Assembly (NCBI GenBank): GCA_016870095.1
Contig: VGCI01000003.1
Span: 78,607 to 142,606, forward strand
Source: Alphaproteobacteria bacterium
GTDB taxonomy: Bacteria > Pseudomonadota > Alphaproteobacteria > Paracaedibacterales > VGCI01
Direction of reading: 5' to 3'
Length of the DNA: 64,000 bases
Below, one piece after another: positions 58,603 through 64,000 of this stretch (positions are counted from its first letter, which is position 1; every line of letters starts with the position of its first letter). A program made the position numbers and the translations under genes. The notes below the pieces were generated by a model. It searched no databases. It worked only from the letters and a program-made list of their open reading frames with translations, and had not been told where the DNA came from.

Positions 58603-59765
58603 AAAAATACAAGGTTTTCTTGTCTGCAGGTGAACCATCAGGCGATTTTTTAGGGAGTCATCTTATGAGTTCCCTGAAATGGCAGTTCAATAACAATATT
58701 GAATTTGTTGGCCTGGGAGGTTCCTTAATGGAGGAAGAAGGAATGTCTTCTCTATTCCCCATTGATGAATTATCCATCATGGGCCTTGCGGAAATTATTC
58801 CTCATATTTGGCGGATTCGTAAACGCATCTTCCAAACAGTTGATGCGATTGAGAAAATCAATCCTGATATTATCGTAACGATTGACTCTCCGGGGTTTAA
58901 TTTTCGTGTTGGAAAAATACTCAAGAAGAGAGGTAAAGCCATCCCACTTGTACACTATGTTGCCCCTTCTGTTTGGGCATGGCGTCCAGGTAGAGCAAAA
59001 TCAATTGCAAAATTTCTCAATCATTTACTAGTTTTGTTTCCTTTTGAACCTCGCTATTTCCTAAAAGAAGGGTTGCCGACCCAATTTGTGGGGCATCCCG
59101 TGGTTGAGCTGGGATTAATAAATACGGCGCACTCTTCATTTCGACAGCGACATAATATTCCCCTATCCGCTTCAATTTTGACTGTTCTTCCCGGAAGTCG
59201 CCGAGGGGAAATTTCTCGACTTTTACCCATCTTTCAAAAAACGATTTTAAAGCTTCAACAAAATGACCCTAATTTACATGTTGTAATTCCAACTTTGCCT
59301 CACTTAGTGAATCAAATTCACCAGCAATTGACTGTGCCAGCAACAATAGTCACGACACAATTGGAAAAGATTTCGGCTTTACAGGAAAGTCGAGGTGCAT
59401 TAGCTGCGAGTGGTACAGTTTCCTTAGAATTAGGGGCAGCAGGTTTACCAAGTGTTATTGCTTATAAAATAAATCCATTTACGCATTTTGTGATAAATTT
59501 CATGATAAAAGTAAAGTATGCGTGTCTACTTAACATACTGATGAATAAAGAAATTGTTCCGGAACGATTGCAGCAAAAATGCACATCTGAAAATTTAGCA
59601 TTAGCTGTCAAAGAAATTTTATATAACGACAAAGTTCGTGAATCAATGAAAATAGAAATGAAAAGAGCCTTGAGTATGCTTAAAGCTCCTTCAAAAGATT
59701 TGTCCCCAAGTCAGTGTGCCGCTCAATATATAGCCCAAGTCTTAAACATTAATGGTCCTAATTAA
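58599..59765 (+). CDS. lpxB: Lipid-A-disaccharide synthase
   Basis: 388 aa with GEPSGDFLGSHLM N-terminus, IDSPGFNFRV and ASGTVSLELG motifs. Confidence 0.93.
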   Translation: MKKYKVFLSAGEPSGDFLGSHLMSSLKWQFNNNIEFVGLGGSLMEEEGMSSLFPIDELSIMGLAEIIPHIWRIRKRIFQTVDAIEKINPDIIVTIDSPGFNFRVGKILKKRGKAIPLVHYVAPSVWAWRPGRAKSIAKFLNHLLVLFPFEPRYFLKEGLPTQFVGHPVVELGLINTAHSSFRQRHNIPLSASILTVLPGSRRGEISRLLPIFQKTILKLQQNDPNLHVVIPTLPHLVNQIHQQLTVPATIVTTQLEKISALQESRGALAASGTVSLELGAAGLPSVIAYKINPFTHFVINFMIKVKYACLLNILMNKEIVPERLQQKCTSENLALAVKEILYNDKVRESMKIEMKRALSMLKAPSKDLSPSQCAAQYIAQVLNINGPN

Positions 59766-60717
59766 AGATGCCGACTCCAGCTTTGCAGAGGAGCTGAACA
59801 TAGCCAACAAATCCACGATTCATGCGTCCTTGAATGCACCCCCCTCTCGTGAGATGACCTTCTAGAACTTGATCAAATATCATCTGAATATAAGAAAAAT
59901 TTTGGTTTTTGTTGTAAAGATTTATGGCTAACGACCACGCACGAGACCAGACTTCACGAGCTGCAGGGCAGAGGCTTATTTCTGAATCCATTCGCGCAAA
60001 ATGATTATTGAGATAGGTCAAAATTGTGTCAATATCAACAGGCCTTTCTAAATATTTATAGGCAGCAAAAAATTTATCGTTGTTTAACACAAATTCACAC
60101 ATTTGTTGACCCACTTGAGCTAAAGTCAAATTTGGATTGTCAATACTATACAAGTTTCCAATGTCTAAAAGATGGCGGATGTTGTTGCCACCTCCAAATA
60201 CATAATCATCTAAAATATGAACGTCAGAATCGGCGTAAATTTGACTTAAATAATTGAATATTCGCATAAAATTTTCAAGAATAGGTCTTTGTTTTCCCGC
60301 TGCATATTCCCGTGATAACTTATTGGTTCGCAAGATATCTACGCTATGTCCCGGACTATCTTCAAAATTATTGTAACGTACCTGACGATGTTGAATTAAG
60401 GATACATGATCGTGAGTGCTTGTTGCAGAATGGGCCATATCCCCTCTTCTGTTTTCTTCAACCAAAAGTTTGCGAATGTAGTCTAGCGAGGCTTTCTCTT
60501 GTGGGGCAATCACTTGAGGTGGGGGGGCCGTTCTTCGAGTATCATAAAAACCTTCCCGATTGATTTCTGCTTTCAGGCCATCTCTATACTCCTTTAAGGT
60601 TAATCCTAACGAGGCGGTAAGAGCGGTATCTAAGTCATTATCTTGCTCTTGCGCGAAACTAATGGAGATAGTTCCCACAAGAATAGAAATAAAAAAAGCC
60701 CGAATAAAATTTTCCAC
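59758..60717 (-). CDS. Hypothetical exported protein; no family recognised
   Basis: 319-aa ORF with a GTG start and an N-terminal signal (FFISILVGTISISFA/QE). Its 3' end overlaps the convergent lpxB by 8 nt. Confidence 0.5.
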   Translation of the reverse strand: MENFIRAFFISILVGTISISFAQEQDNDLDTALTASLGLTLKEYRDGLKAEINREGFYDTRRTAPPPQVIAPQEKASLDYIRKLLVEENRRGDMAHSATSTHDHVSLIQHRQVRYNNFEDSPGHSVDILRTNKLSREYAAGKQRPILENFMRIFNYLSQIYADSDVHILDDYVFGGGNNIRHLLDIGNLYSIDNPNLTLAQVGQQMCEFVLNNDKFFAAYKYLERPVDIDTILTYLNNHFARMDSEISLCPAAREVWSRAWSLAINLYNKNQNFSYIQMIFDQVLEGHLTRGGCIQGRMNRGFVGYVQLLCKAGVGIFN

Positions 60718-60816
60718 GTTCTAATCTTTCACAATAAATTTTCGGATTTTCTCATTAATACGATGAGAATTATAATTTATATGAGAACGGCAATAAGGAA
60801 ATTCAAGTCATTTTAA

Positions 60817-61623
60817 TTATAAAATCAATAAAATTCCAAGACCAAGGAGAATGCGGTAGATTACAAAAGGGGTTAAAGAATGACGTGCAAGAAAGGTCAT
60901 CATCAAATGGATTGCAGCGATTCCGGCCATACCGGAGAAGATGATGGCCAAACCAATATTGTTCCAAACGAGAGGTGTCCCCTCTTTCACAACATCAATT
61001 GTTGTGAGTGTTGCGGCACCCAATATTGAGGGAATGGACATTAAAAAGGCAAAACGGGCAGCGGCAATTCTGGTAAATCCGAGACTGAGAGCCGCGCTTA
61101 TACATATTCCTGAACGGCTCACACCCGGGACAAGGGCAATAGCCTGTGCAAGACCAATAAGGAACCCTTGCTTTAAAGTTATGGCTTGGAGTGATTTTTT
61201 CTGGGGTCCAAAATGGTCGCTGGCAAACAATACCAGCCCAAACACAATGCTTGTTGTTGCAATAACTCCGACTTGACGAATTTGATCCATACCTAGTTTT
61301 TTTAAGATGAACCCTACGACGACGGCGGGGAGTGTTGCTACGACTAAACTTAAGGCGAGGCGGACTTGATCATCTAATAACGGAAGGCGAAATCCCTGGA
61401 GACAAAATCGAAAGAAATGGGTGCACATACCCCAAATATCATCACGAAAATATATTAATACAGCTAAAAGAGTTCCTACGTGGAGGGCAATATCCATTTC
61501 AAAACCCTGATTTTCCCATCCAAAATAATTGGGCAACAAAATGAGATGCCCGGATGAGGAGATAGGTAAAAATTCTGTCAGACCTTGTATCACGCTCAGA
61601 ATGAGAATATGAAGTATTGTCAT
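60817..61623 (-). CDS. uppP: Undecaprenyl-diphosphate phosphatase
   Basis: N-terminal motif VIQGLTEFLPISSSGHLIL and PGVSRSG. 8-TM profile. Confidence 0.92.
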   Translation of the reverse strand: MTILHILILSVIQGLTEFLPISSSGHLILLPNYFGWENQGFEMDIALHVGTLLAVLIYFRDDIWGMCTHFFRFCLQGFRLPLLDDQVRLALSLVVATLPAVVVGFILKKLGMDQIRQVGVIATTSIVFGLVLFASDHFGPQKKSLQAITLKQGFLIGLAQAIALVPGVSRSGICISAALSLGFTRIAAARFAFLMSIPSILGAATLTTIDVVKEGTPLVWNNIGLAIIFSGMAGIAAIHLMMTFLARHSLTPFVIYRILLGLGILLIL

Positions 61624-62378
61624 GGAAGCTCCAGGATCATTCCATCATAGGCCGGTGTAACATTAGGGGGAGTGCGGCCATTGAGGTCATCATAATCCAA
61701 ATCATGAGTCATATGCGTTAAAATAGACTGTTCTGGTTTGGCTTTATTAATCATCTTAAGGGTCTGTTCTACATTGGCATGACTAATATGGGGTTTATCG
61801 CGCAAACAATCCACTACCCAAATCTTAAGATTTTTCAAAATTTCATAACTTTCTTCTGGTAATTCAATAAGATCAGTAGAATAGGCAAAATCCCCAATCC
61901 GATAACCAAAAGAGGACCGATGACCATGATATTGAAGAAAGGGAATAATTTGAATACCATGAAAGTCTATGATTTCTTCCAGTTCGCGTCCTTCTAAAAA
62001 AGCAGGATATTGAGGATCTAAGGTTGTCAGGGCATACCGATAATTTTGTCTTAAGCGGTTCAAGGTTCCATGATCGGCATATGCGGGTATCGGTTGATTA
62101 TATTTCGCATAAATTTGACGCAAATCATCTATCCCTCCGACATGATCAGCATGGTCGTGTGTATAAAGAACCAAATCAATACTTCCTACTCCCGCATCCA
62201 AGAGCTGTGTGCGAAGATCTGGGCTGGTATCAATTAAAATATTCTTCCCTTTTGTTTGGATTAAAACAGAAGCGCGACGTCGGCGATTTTTAGGGTTATT
62301 GGGATTGCAGGAACCCCATTCTCCGGTGATTAGGGGTACACCGCCAGAAGCGCCGCATCCCAAAATCGTAATCTTCAT
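61620..62378 (-). CDS. MBL-fold metallo-hydrolase (PhnP-like)
   Basis: ILGCGASGGVP N-terminus and YTHDHADHVGG (HxHxDH) motif. 4-nt overlaps with both neighbours. Confidence 0.8.
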   Translation of the reverse strand: MKITILGCGASGGVPLITGEWGSCNPNNPKNRRRRASVLIQTKGKNILIDTSPDLRTQLLDAGVGSIDLVLYTHDHADHVGGIDDLRQIYAKYNQPIPAYADHGTLNRLRQNYRYALTTLDPQYPAFLEGRELEEIIDFHGIQIIPFLQYHGHRSSFGYRIGDFAYSTDLIELPEESYEILKNLKIWVVDCLRDKPHISHANVEQTLKMINKAKPEQSILTHMTHDLDYDDLNGRTPPNVTPAYDGMILELP

Positions 62379-63169
62379 GGTTCTAATCTCGCCTTAGTGA
62401 ACAACGAAAAAAAATTGTTCGTGGTTGCTGTTTCGATCGCACTATAACTTAAACTTTTTAAGTCCGCTAGGAGTTCTGCGGTATAGCGAGTGAAGGCTGG
62501 CTCGTTGCGTTTTCCGCGGTGAGGCACGGGAGCTAAGAAGGGCGCGTCTGTTTCGACAAGCATACGGTCGAGAGGCGTGTCTTGGACAATTTGACGCAAT
62601 CCTTCGGCATTCTTAAAAGTCACAATACCGGAGAAGGAAATATAAAATCCGAGTTCCAGGGCTTCACGCGCAAGGGCAGCACTGCCACTGAAACAATGAA
62701 AAACACCTTTGACGCGACCTTTCCCAGTTTCTTTAAGACACAAAATTGTGTCTTCGTCGGCATCTCGGGTGTGAATAATGAGAGGAAGATTTAGTTTCAT
62801 ACTCGCTAAAATGTGGTCTCGAAATGAGGAAATTTGATCCTCTCGAGGACTCTTGTTGTAATAATAATCAAGCCCAGTCTCCCCAATACCAATAACTTTA
62901 GGATGTTGTGCCAATTTAATAATTTGGTCTGTTAAGGCTTCACCTTCATAACCCTTAAAGTAATGAGTCGCATCATGGGGGTGCACACCCACAGTGCAAT
63001 ATACTTCTGAATAATGATCAGCAATCGCTTGAAGATTTTTAGCTTCTTCCAATTTTGTATTAATGGTTACCATCAATCCAATCCCATTCTCTTTTGCTCG
63101 AGAGATAACATTCTCTAAGTCAGGAGCAAAATCAGGAAAATTTAAGTGACAATGACTATCAATAAGCAT
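62375..63169 (-). CDS. TatD family metal-dependent hydrolase
   Basis: MLIDSHCHLNF N-terminus, GETGLDYYY, and a VETDAPFLAPVPHRGKRNEP motif. Confidence 0.9.
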   Translation of the reverse strand: MLIDSHCHLNFPDFAPDLENVISRAKENGIGLMVTINTKLEEAKNLQAIADHYSEVYCTVGVHPHDATHYFKGYEGEALTDQIIKLAQHPKVIGIGETGLDYYYNKSPREDQISSFRDHILASMKLNLPLIIHTRDADEDTILCLKETGKGRVKGVFHCFSGSAALAREALELGFYISFSGIVTFKNAEGLRQIVQDTPLDRMLVETDAPFLAPVPHRGKRNEPAFTRYTAELLADLKSLSYSAIETATTNNFFSLFTKARLEP

Positions 63170-63172
63170 GAG

Positions 63173-64000
63173 TTATATTTCCTTCTTTACCCAACGAGGG
63201 AATACGCCTTCAGGTGGCGGTAAAATTGTCCCCGGAGTTAGGGGAGTATCCAAATGAGCAAAGGTCCGCATTTCAGGCATAACATTCAGCTGGTCCAAAA
63301 TGCGTTGACTGGCTTGTGGAATAAGGGGTTGGGTTAATAGGGCGATTTGACGGATAGTTTCTGCCAAAACATATAAAATGGTTTTCATGCGCGTAGGGTC
63401 TTCGGTTTTTAGAGACCAGGGTTTTTGCTCATCCACATATTTGTTTGCCTCGCCAATCACATGCCAAATTTCTTCAGCGACTTTGTGCAAAGCCTGTTTT
63501 TCGATTTCACTTCTTAAAGTGGGTAAAATTTCTGTGGCTTTTAAAAGCAGGGCTTTATCTATAAGCGTTAGTTTGTCAGGTGAGGGTAAAATACCTCCAC
63601 AATTCTTAGCAATAAACGAGAGGACTCGTTGTACAAGGTTTCCATAACTATTCGCAAGATCGCTATTGAGTCGTCCAATGAGGGCTGATTCAGAGAAATC
63701 ACCGTCGTTTCCAAAAGGCACTTCTCTTATGAAAAAATAGCGAACAGCATCCCGACCATAAGTATCAACAAGTTTGATAGGATCAATGGCATTCCCTAGG
63801 GATTTTGATATTTTTTCACCTGCATTTGTCCACCAACCATGCGCAAAAACTCGGGAAGGGGCAGGTAAACCTGCGGCCATCAGAAATGCGGGCCAATAGA
63901 CGGCATGAAAACGTAAAATATCTTTGCCAACTACGTGAAGGCTTTGGGGCCAGTAAGACTTAAAATCAACATTTTCCAAATCTGGGTAGCCAAGAGCGGA
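63173..64000 (-). CDS. metG: Methionine--tRNA ligase, C-terminal ~275 aa; the 5' part lies beyond the right edge of the window
   Basis: KMSKS-type motif KISKSLGNAIDP and an anticodon-binding helical domain. The frame stays open upstream of the track's TTG start (…SALGYPDLENVDF…) to position 64000. Confidence 0.9.
   Translation of the reverse strand, partial: SALGYPDLENVDFKSYWPQSLHVVGKDILRFHAVYWPAFLMAAGLPAPSRVFAHGWWTNAGEKISKSLGNAIDPIKLVDTYGRDAVRYFFIREVPFGNDGDFSESALIGRLNSDLANSYGNLVQRVLSFIAKNCGGILPSPDKLTLIDKALLLKATEILPTLRSEIEKQALHKVAEEIWHVIGEANKYVDEQKPWSLKTEDPTRMKTILYVLAETIRQIALLTQPLIPQASQRILDQLNVMPEMRTFAHLDTPLTPGTILPPPEGVFPRWVKKEI

Noticed and set aside
1-64000. Scan for CRISPR arrays, rRNA genes, IS elements/transposases, prophage genes and restriction-modification or other defence systems
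   Set aside because: Reading by eye, I noticed no regularly spaced direct repeats or rRNA-like sequence. No ORF showed transposase, integrase, phage or restriction-enzyme motifs. A computational repeat search was not possible here and could still reveal short dispersed repeats.

Overview
AT-rich (about 40% GC by eye, not computed) chromosomal window from an alphaproteobacterium. This is inferred from gene content and synteny: uppS-cdsA-dxr-rseP-bamA-skp, yceD-rpmF-plsX-fabH-ihfA, nuoN-birA-rnj-mce, and lpxD-fabZ-lpxA-lpxI-lpxB. The AT-richness and the eukaryote-like genes suggest an intracellular Rickettsiales/Holosporales-like symbiont, but that is inference. About 60 densely packed genes are present, mostly housekeeping: envelope biogenesis, lipid A, complex I subunits L/M/N, ileS, mutL, dnaE, metG and propionyl-CoA carboxylase. 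There is one tRNA-Pro(GGG). I saw no rRNA, CRISPR array, IS element or integrase. The main finding is a ~2.7-kb insert between dnaE and pccB (48.5-51.2 kb). It carries two tandem paralogous genes for Sec-signal-bearing proteins. Each has a twin-CX3C cysteine domain, a poly-proline tract and WH2 actin-binding motifs. The larger protein ends in a full WASP-type WH2-WH2-C-acidic/Trp (VVCA) module, so it is a candidate Arp2/3-activating host-actin nucleation factor. Other notable items are listed below. (1) A partial T6SS baseplate gene, tssK, at the left edge is missing from the ORF track. (2) The conserved bamA-skp|lpxD cluster is broken, with both halves visible about 54 kb apart in opposite orientation. 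(3) An orphan signal-peptide zeta-toxin-like P-loop kinase lies next to the tRNA. (4) Two translationally coupled PmtA-like phospholipid N-methyltransferases sit in tandem. (5) nuoLMN is detached from nuoA-K. (6) Several orphan exported proteins have no recognisable family.
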